From the NCBI GenBank assembly GCA_043228905.1, contig JBHGNT010000379.1, forward strand, positions 1 to 30,130: a stretch of 30,130 bases of DNA, read 5' to 3'. Below are positions 7,879 through 19,682 of this stretch, one piece after another (position 1 is the first letter of the stretch; each line of letters opens with the position of its first letter). The notes under the pieces are model-generated. The model was given only the letters and a program-made list of their open reading frames with translations, ran no database searches and was not told the origin of the DNA. Source of the DNA: Azolla caroliniana. Lineage: Eukaryota > Plantae > Polypodiophyta. A program made the translations under genes and the position numbers.

Positions 7879-10788
7879 CCGTGACTGACCCACAATCATC
7901 CTTCATCGCGGAGATGGCTTCTACCTTTGTCGGGGACGGCTTCCGGCCGTAAGGCCTGCACAAGTGTTCGACTACCAAGATCTCCGGTTGTCCGAAGGCT
8001 GATTTTTCTCATGAGAAGGTGAGTCGCGCGCTCTCGAGTCTTTGTAGCACCTTCTCGCAGTCGCGGATGTGATCCATCACGAACCTCCGGCAACCGTCGA
8101 GCCCGACCGACTCGTCCTTGTCCTCCATTGGACATCCTTTGATCGGGATGTCGTCCAGAAATGGCATGGTGATGTCCGGGATGCAGTCCCTCAACACCTT
8201 GTTCATCGCATTCACCATGTGCGCCATTGAGTTCGTTCCTCCTTGCGGCAGGGTACAAATCCGAACTAGGCCGAGAGGAGTCCGCATCGTCGTGACATCC
8301 CTGCTCTCTACGGCTAGTTGGAACTAATCGTACCCTGAGTACAGATCCCCGAACGAGTAGATCGACCTCCCTGCAAAGGCCTCCACGAACTCATCGATGG
8401 TCGGTCCGATACTTGTGTTTCGAATGGTCACCTTGTTGGCCGACTGCAGGTCCTGTATGAAGCGCAATGTGCCATTCTTCTTCGGCATGGTAAACCACCG
8501 ATTCGAATATGGGGCACTCGACGGTTCGAGGATGCCCATCTCCACCTTCTATTTCAACAACTCCAGCAGCTTCGGGATGTGAGCTCTGGGTATCGAAATC
8601 GGTTTGAGATTCCACGGCACATGTGGTACCATCAAGATCACCATTGGTTCCACAACCTTCGGGTCTACGCACTCCATCTCCTCCAGCGAGAATGTGAAAG
8701 CCTTTCCGTGCCTCCCGAGCATTCTCCGAAACCGGTCCTCTTCCGCCGACAGTAGAAAACCACCCCCACCGATCTTGAGCTCCCGTAGCGTTATGTCGGT
8801 GAACGTGTGTCCTATGCTGGCCGGATCTCGTAAACTTGGGTCCAACGCGGCCCCCTTTATCTGTAACTCGCTGCCCTCCGGCATGGGTGCCGCGACTGGC
8901 CTCACCTTCCGGTCCACAATCTTGTACTTCGTATCCAGTTGGGCCATCCAATCTGACTCGAGTCCACTACCGAAGTCGGCGATGACTTCGTACATCTCTT
9001 CCGAACATACCAGAATCGTCTGGTCCTCATTAATGCCTTCTCCAAACACCTCCCGTAACTTCCCCAAGGTGTCGTCGAAAGAGACCGCCTCCACGGCTCC
9101 GTTGATTTCCTCTTTAGGGCCAAGAACTCCGCATGCCCAAAGTCGCGTCTTCGTCCGCTTCTTTTCCTGGCCAACTATGTCGGCTATTGTACAACCACCG
9201 CTATCGAAGAACCACAATTTTCTACTTATGGTACAAGTGTTTTTGCCTATAGTACATCTGTGGGGTTTTTCCGGGGTGTCCGGACTATCGCCGCCCCACG
9301 CCTTGATCACCCTGTCTACAAATCCCCTCGGTTTTCGGCACCGAGGGTCTCGCAGTTACGCTCATGGTTCAGTCACACCGTCAGGAACTGGACCGAGTGA
9401 CGCCCATCTTGGCTCTTGACTCGTGCATATGCCGAACCGTTGTCCAACACCTTTGTCTCCATGCACGCCGCCATGATGTACAGTTCTCCGAATATCACCG
9501 GATGCGAGGACGTCTCCTGCACGAAGAAGTGTTGATCGATCTCGACATCACCGATTTTCACTCGTACATTCGGGTAGGCTTCGTGTAGCTCCTCCGTGGC
9601 ACGCGTTGGTGCCCGTATCTTCCACCCGAGCTTGGTGTTGATCGACCACTTTCCCTTCTTGTAGAAGTCCATGGACATCAAGTTGATCTCCGAACCGTGG
9701 TCTACCAACGCCACCACCGGCTCCTGGACGTCCTCGATCCGAACAGGGGTTTCCGTATTGGCCCTGGCCCAATGTAGCCTCGAGTAATGTCTTTCCGCCA
9801 ATTCGTCCTCCAGGGCCATGTCTTCTAGGTGCGTCATTCGCATCTCCACCGGCTTCTCTGGCTCCGGCTCCATCGAAAGCCTTTTCCGCTTCACCAAGGC
9901 CATGATGGAGTCGTGGAATTCCTTCTTCGCGATTCCAAGCACTTCCCTTAGTGACAACTCCACTTTGATGTCAAGTATCCGTTCCTCCAAGACCTTTCGT
10001 AGGTCCGTGGCTCTTTCGATCTCTGTGCTCAACCGATAACCGGCCTTCTTAGCCTTGTCCGGTGCGCCGGATGCACCGGCATCATTCTGCTTCGGCCTGA
10101 ACCGGGTCTCATACCGTTGTGAGGGTCCAACCCCCCCGGTCTTTCCAGTGCGCTTGTCTTTTACAAGAACCTCGTAGTTTTGGCATGTGGCTTCCACGAA
10201 GCCCATCTTCTCTTTGATCGGGTCACTCCACCTGGTTACCTCCCGGACTCGTCTTTCCACGCAGTCCGCTTCCTCTTTCCTCAGCCTTACGCCGGCGAGG
10301 CCTTCCAGCATCACCGGCCAGAATCTAGTTTCCAGAACGGTCCGGTCAAGCACTGAGAGGTGCGCGAAGCGTTCCTCAAACTCCCGGAGGAGCACCGACG
10401 CGTTCCTTCCTTTGTCGGGGGTCTCCACCCACTCCATGAAGTCTCACTTCGAAAGTCGAAGCGCATCTTCAAGCCCATATTTTTCGAGGAGCCGACCTTC
10501 GAATTCCTCCCAGGTTCGGCTCTCGGCCCGTACCTCGAGCACCTCCGTATGGATGCCCGGCATTGCCACTCGAGGGAATCCGGCTAGACGCCTCTCTTCC
10601 GGAATGTCCCTCATTACCATCTCAGCCCGGTAGGACGCCAAGTAGCTCGTGGCATCCTTCCCACTAAACTGGCCGATCGTACTGACAACCGCCTCGATAG
10701 CCCTATCAAGGGCGTCGGTGCCTTCGAGCGCACTCACTATACGGTCCATAGCCGAAGCCATGGCTTCTGCGAGGTCCGACCCCCTCAT
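7879..10788 (-). pseudogene. gag-PR / RT pseudogene of copy E
   Basis: ORF pieces 10444-10788, 9373-10437, 8549-9310, 8324-8545 and 8009-8287 are separated by single stops. Zinc-knuckle region deleted near 10325 (TVLETR|FWPVM). Confidence 0.9.
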
Positions 10789-10809
10789 CTTCTACTCCTC
10801 TGCCGCCTG

Positions 10810-10827
10810 TTCACGTCGGGTTCACCA
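10810..10827 (-). promoter_or_regulatory. PBS tRNA-Trp, copy E
   Basis: Same 18-mer as in copy B, 6 nt after the LTR end. Confidence 0.85.
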
Positions 10828-10833
10828 AATTGG

Positions 10834-11477
10834 TGTCGCGTTATTACGCGCGTGCGTGGAGAACAAGGCGGGAGCACTAGGGTCTTGGACCGAGGAATAG
10901 GTGAGAAAAAGGGGAGGAAAGAGAGAGACGCTCACACACGTATAGACAAAGAAGCACACGGGAACGCGGCCCAACAACACAGGAGACACGAGTTGAGAAC
11001 ACTAGCGTATGTAAATAAAATATGTATGTATGCAGATGACTCGAACGGTTATAGCCGATCAGGTCGGCGAGATGGATGCCGACGCCTGATCACTCACGCA
11101 CACAAGGGAGCAAGATGGAGATTCTGCCGGAAGCACACGAGCGTTCCACGGAGCAGAATCAGCCTCCTGAGAACCTGCGCAAAAGAAAACTATGGAGAAC
11201 GACAGAGAAGAAGAGCTCGGTCCCAGTCCGACAACACTTCGTCCCCTCTAGCGTGCGATACCTTCTCTCCCCATCTCCCTCTCTTTTATAGCTCAAGGAG
11301 GGAGGCCGTTTCACCCGTTTACATCACATTAATTCTCTCTATAGAATATTGCTACCTAGGATTCGACTTTTGTGCCTACCTATCTACTATACAACAAGGG
11401 GCGTCGTGTCCACGTGTAAGGGCCGGTTCACACACGCTATACATGGTTTGCGCCTGGGGACGGTTTTCTTCACGACA
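10834..11477 (-). repeat. 5' LTR of copy E (644 bp)
   Basis: Minus strand TGTCGTGAAGAAAACC...ACGCGACA. Confidence 0.9.
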
Positions 11478-11521
11478 ACGTTATACCCGGTTTCCGCCTA
11501 GGGACAGTTTTCTCCACGACA
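11478..11521 (-). repeat. 44-bp 5' tip of another family LTR (F), interrupted by copy E
   Basis: Minus strand TGTCGTGGAGAAAACTGTCCCTAGGCGGAAACC resembles the starts of LTRs C and G. Confidence 0.75.
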
Positions 11522-12010
11522 ACATTACCCCCAATGTTAGTAGAGGCACTTTTCCAACTTGTAGTCTTTCTTCATAGGATACATAGCCAACCACATGATA
11601 GAATATCTCATCAAGCCTTTAAGGCCTCTCGATCATTGTATGAGTCTGGCTATACTAGCTCATGGTATGGCATGATGGTGAGTTTGCTTCTTGTGAATGT
11701 TCTAGACATTAATAACCTACCTCCCCTTAGGTACAACCACACGATTGATAACACTTTAATCTCTCATGAGGACCACAATAAAGTACTACGCCAAGACATA
11801 TGACAAATTTACAATCGGCATAAATGGATCACCCTACGAGAGCCACTCCCATCTAAAATATTGTACTATGAGGAACACTTTATGCACTTCACCGAGTTAG
11901 ATTTTATCACGTGGCCAAAATATCTAGTTGTATTCTTACCACATGCACTGAGGGTTGCCATTGGACAACTTCGAATATCATCTTACCAACTTGAGATTGA
12001 GAATGGACGT
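11522..12010 (+). mobile_element. Degenerate non-LTR retrotransposon (LINE) ORF2 C-terminal fragment
   Basis: AT-rich. Translates near 11945-12010 to ALRVAIGQLRISSYQLEIENGR, matching the LRxSSHxLxIExGR motif that precedes the C-terminal Cys domain of some LINE ORF2s. Confidence 0.65.
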
Positions 12011-12615
12011 TGTCGTGAAGAAAACCGGCCATAGGCGGAATCAGAGAGAAAGCGCGTAAACCGGCCCCTACACGGATGGACGCGTGACTGGATACTTTGT
12101 ACACGAACCGGTGGATGTGACTACTAAGCCGCGCACATTTATTAAGGTCAGAGGGTACAGGGAATAAAGGGAAGAGGATAAGGGAAAACGAATATCGCGT
12201 GTTGGGAAGAGAAGAGCGTTGATGCAGAACGGAGGGCCGAGCTCTCTCTCCTCGGGTCGTCGCTCTCTGTAGGTGTCGGGAGGTCGCTGCCTCTGCTTCA
12301 CGGACAGCCCGTCTGCTTCCAGCAGGGTCGTGTCCTTCCCCCCCTTTGTTTCTTGGAGTCGTGTCACTGTCGCCGGTGTGCGTGAGTAGGGTCCCCGTGT
12401 CGGGTCCGTCGCCGCCTTGTCGGTTGTAACTGTCGGATTTGTAATCTCTTGTTTGTAATGTCTTGTCAATATAATTAAATGTTACGTCCTATATCTCCTC
12501 TTCTCGCTTCTACGTGTCTGGGAATCTCTCTCTCTGTCTCTCTCTCTCTCGCTCCTCGGTCCAAGACCCCCGTGGTCCCGCCCCTTTCTACATGTACGCG
12601 CGTAACAACGCGACA
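12011..12615 (+). repeat. 5' LTR of copy G (605 bp)
   Basis: TGTCGTGAAGAAAACC...ACGCGACA, followed by the PBS. Confidence 0.9.
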
Positions 12616-12619
12616 TATT

Positions 12620-12637
12620 TGGTGAAGCCGACGTGAA
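12620..12637 (+). promoter_or_regulatory. PBS tRNA-Trp, copy G (1 mismatch)
   Basis: TGGTGAAGCCGACGTGAA. Confidence 0.8.
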
Positions 12638-12659
12638 CGGGCGGAAAAGGAGTTGAAAG

Positions 12660-15600
12660 ATGAGGGGATCAGAGCTAGCAGAGGCAATGGCGGTGGCCGT
12701 CGACCGGCTAGTGAGCGCTCGTGAGGGAACGGGTACCCTCGACAGAGCCGTTGAATCGATCATCGACTCTGTAGGCCGTTTCAGAGGGAAAGACGCCACA
12801 AGTTATTTGGAGGCTTACCGGGCCGAAATGATCATGAGGGATATCCCGGTGGACAGGCGGCTGTCCGGATTCCCTCGGGTGGTGACGCCGGGCATCCATG
12901 CGGAGGTGCTACAGGTGCTGGCCGGATGCCAGACGTGGGAGGAGTTCGAGTTGCAGCTCCTCGAGAAGTACGGGTTTGACGACTCGCTCCGGCTGTCGAG
13001 GCGGGACTTCATGGCGTGGGTGGAAAGCCCCGGAAAAGGGAGGAACACGTCAGTGCTCCTCCAGGAATTCGAAAAACGGTTCGCGCGGCTGTCAACGCTG
13101 GACCGGACGGTGCTCGAAACAAGTCGAGTGCTGCTGTTTGTCAAGTCGGTTGATGCGCTCGACAGGGAAAAGGTGGGTCCCCTACTGGAAACGGACGAAG
13201 GGCTCACGACGTATTGGGCCGTGGTAAAACGGGTCTGCAGCCGTTTCAACAAACGGCGCGATTGGAGCGACGGAAGCACGTCGGGGTCAGGGCCGGTCCT
13301 GGGGAGGAGGCTCGAGGAGCCGGTTTCGGTGCCGGCTGAGAGGAAGGAAGAGACCCGAATCCGGCCAGAGTCGGGGTCGGCATCGAGCGACGTGGTCAGA
13401 GGCCCATTCGGAGGAGCGGCTCTGGAGGAGCTAACACAAATGGTGCGCGACCTGCAGATCGCACAGGCCCAGAGAGACAGCGGTGAACAACCTCGCGACT
13501 GAAGGCCGTCGGTTGGGCAGCGGTGCATGTGGTGTGACACGATCGGTCACATTCGGAAGGATTGCGCGAATTTCGCCGACGCGCTCAGGACCAACGTGGT
13601 GTACCTCTGCAACGGGCGGGTACACGCGAGCGAGACCCGGAGAGCCCTAGAACTGAATACGGGGCGCGACGGAATGAAGAGGTTGATGGAAGAGGTCGTG
13701 GCACAGCACGTCGAAGCCGTCAACTACTCGGTGTCGGCGGGAATTCGGGTCGGGGGTGATGAGACCCGGAAGGCGAAGGACTCCGGATTCTGGCCGCTAG
13801 TGCTAGAAGGCCTCTCCGGAGTTCGGCTGAGGAAGGAAGAGGCGGACCGCGCGGAACAACGGGTCTAGGAGGTCACCGGTTGGGACGATCTAGTCGAAGA
13901 GAAAACGGGCTTCAAGCCGCTTGCCAGAACTATGAGGTTCTGGTGGAGGACAAACGGGCAGGAAAGGCCGGAGGGGTTGGCCTCCCGAGGTATGAGACCC
14001 GGTTCAGACCGAAACCGACCGGTGCCGGCAACCTAGGCGTGCAGGATGGGAAGAAGCAGGCGGGGTTTCGGTTGAGCACCGAAATCGAGAGAGCAACGGA
14101 CCTACGGAAGGTCCTTGAAGAGCGAATCCTTGACAGTAAAGTGGAGTTGTCGTTGCGGGAGGTGTTGGGAATCGCCAAGAGGGAGTTCCACGACTCTATC
14201 GTAGACTTGGTGAAGCGGAAGAGGCTCTCGACGGAGCCCGAACTGGAGAAGCCGGTGGAAGTGCGGACCACGCACTTGGAAGACGGAGCCCTGGAAGATG
14301 AGCTAGCAGGAAGCCACTACACGAAGCCGCATTGGGCTAGGGCGACTATGGAAACCCCTGTACGGATCGGCAACGTTCTGAAACCGGTGGTGGCATTGGT
14401 AGACCATGTATCCGAAACCAACCTGATGTCCATGGATTTCTACAAGAAGGGTAAATGGTCGATCAACACCAAGCATGATTGGAAGATACGGGCAGCGACG
14501 CGCGCCACAGAAGAACTACATGGGGCCTGTCCGAACGTACGGGTGAAAATCGACGATGTCGAGATCGACCAGCACTTCTTCGTGCAGGAGACGTCCTTGC
14601 ATCCGGTTATACTAGGAGAGCCATATATCACGACGGCACGGATGGAGACCAAGGTGCTGGACAACGGTTCAGCCTATGCAAGAATCAAGAGCCAGGATGG
14701 GCATCACTCGGTCCAGTTCCTAATGGTGCGACCAAACCACGAGCGTAACCGCGAGGCCCTCGGCAACGAAACCTGAGGGGATTTTTAGAGAGGGCTGTCA
14801 AGGCGTGGGGCCGCGATAGTCCGGACACCTGGGAAGAAACCCAGAGAAAGACCTGTACCATAGGAAGGAAATTTTGGTTCTCCGACAGCGGAGATTGTAC
14901 TATAACCAGCGTCAACGGCAGGGAGAGGAAGCGAACGGAGGATCGGCTCAGGGGATGCGGAGTCCTCTTCCCCGACGAGGACATCAGCAGCGCCGTGGAG
15001 GCGGTCTCTTTTGACGACACCTTGGGCGAACTACGAAAGGTGATCGGTGAAGACCTTAGGGAAGACTGGACCGTTCCGGTAGGGTCAATGGGAATGTACG
15101 AAGTCATCGCTGACTTCGGGGAAAGGATCGGGTCAGATCGGACGGCCCGGGTGGATACGAAATACAAGACTGTGGACCGTAAGGTGAGGCCAGTTGCGGC
15201 ACCCTTGCTGGAGGGTAGCGAGGAGCGGATAAAAGGGGTCGCGTCGGACCCAAGTTTACGAAATCCGGCTGGCATAGAGCACCGGTTCACCGACATAACG
15301 CTACGGGACATCAAGGTCGGTGGGGGCAGCTTCCTACTGCCGGCGGAGGAGGACCGGTTTCGGAGAATGCTCGGGAGGCACAGGAAGGCTTTTGCATTCT
15401 CACCGGAGAAGATCGGGTGTGTAGATCCGACAGTTGTCGAACCGATGGTGATCTTCACGGTACTGCATGTACCGTGGAATCTCAAGCCGATTCCGGTGCT
15501 GAGAGCTCACATCCCGAAGTTGATGGAGCTCCTAAAGCAAAAGGTGGAGATGGGTATCCTCGAACCGTCGAGTGCCCCGTATTCGAATAGGTGGTTTACG

Positions 15601-15698
15601 GCGCCGAAGAAGAACGGCACGCTGCGCTTCATCCAGGACCTACAACCGGTCAACAAGGTGACCATCCATAATGCAGGGATCGGATCAACCATAGACGA
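12660..15698 (+). pseudogene. gag-PR / RT pseudogene of copy G
   Basis: ORF pieces 12660-13502, 13527-13868, 13880-14776 and 14995 onward are homologous to copy B; stops arise from CGA/CGG codons. Confidence 0.9.
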
Positions 15699-16094
15699 GG
15701 GGAAAGAATACAACCCCGGCTTCGAACCGGACCAAGCTAGGGTAGGTTACAACAGCAGTCTGCAGCCAAGCCGCCGTTCGGGGAGCTCTCGGGCTCGTCA
15801 CACAGAGCGGGGTCTTGCACAGGAGACCGAGCAGAAATAGCCCTCAATAGTCAACCGACACCACGAAGAAGAGGAAGAAGAAGAAGAAGAACTAACCCTA
15901 AATCTAACGGTAGGCAACCCTTCTACAAGGAGAGGGATGCGTTACAATGTGGTATAAATCCCGATTTACATGGGATTCTTCGTCTCGACTTAACTCTTAT
16001 TATTCACACAATTACACGAGGGTGGGTGCAATATTTCCCGCCGATGTAGCCAATATTTCCCGGTTTCTGCCTCTGGCCGAAATTCTTCACGACA
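15699..16094 (-). repeat. 5' part of a divergent family LTR (H), 3'-truncated
   Basis: Minus strand starts TGTCGTGAAGAATTTCGG. Inserted 20 bp before the end of the 5' LTR of copy I. Left boundary approximate. Confidence 0.7.
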
Positions 16095-16118
16095 ACGCAT
16101 GTAACAACGCGACATATT

Positions 16119-16136
16119 TGGTGAACCCGACGTGAA
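16119..16136 (+). promoter_or_regulatory. PBS tRNA-Trp, copy I
   Basis: TGGTGAACCCGACGTGAA. Confidence 0.85.
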
Positions 16137-19100
16137 CAGGCGGCAGAGGAATAGAAAGATGAGGGGGTCGGATCTCGCGGAAGCCAATAGCAGCAAGGAA
16201 ACTTGAGCCAAACCCGCCAGTGCGAAGGGAAGAGACCCGAGACTGGCTCGACACCAGATCGACTTCAACCGGCATGATCAAAGGCTCGTCCGAAGGAGCA
16301 GCTCTAGAGGAGCTTACTAGGATGGTAAAGGACCTCCAGATTGCACAGGCACGGAGGGACGGCGGCGAACAGGCCCGTGACCGAAGGCCTCTGGTTGGAA
16401 ACCGGTGTTTGTGGTGCGACGCGGTCGGCCACGTCCAGAAGGACTGCGGGGACTTCGCCAAGGCAATGAGAGCCAACGTAGTGTACCTATGGAACGGTCG
16501 GGTGCACGCTAGCGAGACCCGAAGGGCCCTGAACCTGAATGTTGGACGAGGGGGTATGAAACGGCTAATGGAAGAAGCAGCGGCTCGCCACGCAAAGACC
16601 GTCCACTACTCGGCGTCGGCTGGGATCCGAGCCAGAGGTGGTGAGGCTCGAAAGGCAAACGAAGCCGGATTCTGGCTGTTGATGCTGGAAGGCCTCGCCG
16701 GCGCACGGCTAAGGAAAGATGAGGCGGACCGCGCGAATAGGCGGGTCCGGGAGGTAACCGGGTGGAGTGACTCGGTTGAAGAGAAGACGGGCTTCGTCAA
16801 AGCCGCATGCCAGAACTACGAGGTTCTAGTGGAAGACAAGCGAGTAGGTAAAACCGGAGGGGCTGGGCTCTCGCAACGGTACGAGAACCGATTCGGTCAA
16901 AGGTAGAATGAGGCCGGTGCAACCGGCGCACCGGATAAAGCAAAGAAGGCCGGGTACCAGTTGAGCATGGAAATCGAAAGAACCACGGACCAACGAAAGG
17001 TCCTGGAGGAACGTATCCTCGACAGCAAAGGGAAGTGCTCGGGATCGCCAAGAAGGAGTTCCCCGACTCCATCGTAGACTTGGTGAAGAGGAAGAGGCTG
17101 TTGACAGAGCCAGAGCCGGAGAAGCCGGTGGAAGTGCGAACGACGCACATAGAGGACATGGCACTAGAAGACGAGTTGGCAGAGAGCCACTATTCGAGGC
17201 CGCACTGGGCCAGACCGACCACGGAGACCCCTAATAAGGTTGGGGATGTCCAGGAGCCGGTGGTAGCGTTGGTGGACCACGGTTCAAAAATCAACTTGAT
17301 GTCCATGGACTTCTACAAAAAGGGGAAATGGCCGATCAACACCAAACACGGCTGAAAAATACGGGCAGTGACGCGCGCTACCAAAGAACTACATGGGGCA
17401 TGCCCGTACGTATGGGTGAAATTCAGCGATGTCGAGATCGACCAACACTTCTTCGTGCAGGAGACGTCCTCATATCCGGTTATACTAGGAGAACCATACA
17501 TCATGGCGGCACGAATGGAGACCAAGGTGCTGGACAACGGTTCGGCCTACGCAAGAGTCAAGAGCCAGGACGGGTGTCACTCGGTCCAGTTCCTGACGGT
17601 GCGACCAAACCATAAGCGTAACCGTGAGACCCTCGGTGGCGAAACCCGAGGGGATTTTTAGAGAGGGCTATCAAGGCGTGGGCCGCGATAGTCCGGACAC
17701 CCTGGAAAAACCCCACAAATGTACAGTACGGAAGAAGACTTGTACCATAGGTAGGAAATTTTGGTTCTTCGACAACAGAGGTTGTGCTATGGCCGGCGTC
17801 AGCGGCCGGGAAAGGAAGCAAGAGGAGGAGCGGCTCAAGGGATGCGGAGTCCTGTCCCCCGATGAAGAGATCAGCGGCGCCGTGGAGGCGGTCTCTTTTG
17901 ACGACACCTTGGGCGAGTTGCGAAAGGTGATCGGTGAAGACATTTGAGAAGACCGGACCGTTCCGGTAGGTTCGATGGGAATGTATGAAGTCATCGCAGA
18001 CTTCGGGGGGAGGATCGGGTCGGATCGGACGGCCCACGTGAGTACGAAGTACAAGACTGTGGACCGGAAGGTAAGGCCGGTCGTGGCACCCTTGCCGGAG
18101 GGCAGCGAGGAGCGGATAAAAGGGGTTGCGTCGGACCCAAGTTTACGGAATCCGGCTGGCATAGGGCACCAATTCACCGACATAACGCTACGGGAGCTCA
18201 AGGTCGGTGGGGGTGGCTTCTTACTACCGACGGAGGAGAACAGGTTTCGGAGAATGCTCGGAAGGCATGGGAAGGCCTTCGCGTTCTCGCCGGAAGAGAT
18301 TGGGTGCGTGGACCCGACGATCGTCGAACCGATGGTGATCTTCACGGTGCCGCATGTACTGTGGAATCTCAAATCGATTCCGGTGCCAAGAGCTCACATC
18401 CCGAAGTTGATGGAGCTTTGAAGCAAAAGGTGGAGATGGGCATCCTCGAACCGTCGAGTGCTCCGTATTCGAATCAGTGGTTTACAGTGCCGAAGAAGAA
18501 TGGCACGCTGCGCTTCATTCAAGACCTGCAACCGATCAACAAGGTGACCATCTGTAATGCAGGGATCGGACCGACCATAGACGCGTTTGTAGAGGCCTTC
18601 ACCGGAAGGTCGATTTACTCTGTCGGTGATCTGTACTCGGGGTACGATCAGTTCCAACTAGCCGTGGAGAGCATCTAGACATTACGACGATGCGGACTCC
18701 TCTCAGCCTAGTTCGAATGTGTACCCTACTACAAGGAGGGACGAACTCGGTTGCCCACATGGTGAACGCGATGAACAAAGTGCTCAGGGATTGTATCCCG
18801 GACATCACCATGCCATTCTTAGACGAGATCCCGATCAGGGGATGCCCGGTGGAGGAAAGGGACGAGATAATAGGACCAGACGGATGTCGGAATTTCGTGG
18901 CGTCTCACATCGATGACTGCGAGAAGGTGTTGTAGAGACTAGAAGGCACGAGGCTCACCTTCTCCGGGGAAAAATCAGCCTTCGGGCAATTAGAGACCAT
19001 GGTCTTTGGGCACCTATGTGGACCATATGGTCGGAAACCGTCTCCGGCCAACGTGGATGCCATCTCCGCGATGAAGCATGACTGCAATTCGGTTACTGAG

Positions 19101-19408
19101 GTTCAGAGATTCTTGGGAGCATGCGCATTCTACCATATCTAGATCCCGCATTACGCCCACGTCGCGAAGCCGCTGTATGGGTTGCTGAAGAAAGGGCGTA
19201 AATTTGAGTGGGGAGACGAGCATACAGAGTCAGTCCAAAAGATGAAGGAAGCATTTGCCACGGCACCGGCGCTCCGAAAGGCGGTCTACGGCAAAGGCAC
19301 TTCGATTTACGTTGTCGTGACGATTTTTGGCTACGGTGTGAAACCGAGTGAGATGAATAAACCAAGGATGTGCAACATTGCACATACACTTAGCAAATAA
19401 GCCTCCTA

Positions 19409-19503
19409 AGGCCTAGTGGCACTTAAGTTCATACAGAGGGGTGCAAGCAAGGTTTGAACCTTGCACCTCTAAGATACAAGATAATTGCCTTACCACTAGG
19501 ACA
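19409..19503. promoter_or_regulatory. tRNA-like A-box/B-box module, mirror-symmetric
   Basis: CCTAGTGG (19412-19419) and its reverse complement (19493-19500) flank the central GGTTTGAACC (19451-19460). Confidence 0.55.
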
Positions 19504-19570
19504 ACTATCATATAGTGTAGATTTTATGTATTTCCTTTTCATATACAAATTATAGACGAAACAACCATAG

Positions 19571-19682
19571 AAAACCATGTGCACAAAACCATGGTTTTAA
19601 ACCCATGGTTTGTGCATGACATAAGCAAAACCATGTGCACAAAACCATGGTTTTAGCCCATGGTTTTGTGCATGTCACGAGC
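19571..19682. repeat. Two tandem 56-bp units, each internally palindromic
   Basis: AAAACCATGTGCACAAAACCATGGTTTTA..CCCATGGTTT(T)GTGCATG occurs twice. Confidence 0.85.

Larger units (their letters stand above)
7879..11477 (-). mobile_element. Ty3/Gypsy copy E, degenerate (5' LTR, PBS, gag-PR with deletion, RT)
   Basis: Fragments homologous to copy B with stops. RT motif PFLDDIPIKG; PBS at 10827-10810. Confidence 0.92.
12011..15698 (+). mobile_element. Ty3/Gypsy copy G, degenerate and 3'-truncated in RT
   Basis: LTR, PBS, gag-PR 12660-14788 with stops and a frameshift, then pol up to NAGIGSTIDE. Confidence 0.92.

Noticed and set aside
15865-15905. (GAA)n run and TAACCCTAAA telomere-like motif
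   Set aside because: A single short motif inside an LTR fragment, not a telomeric array.
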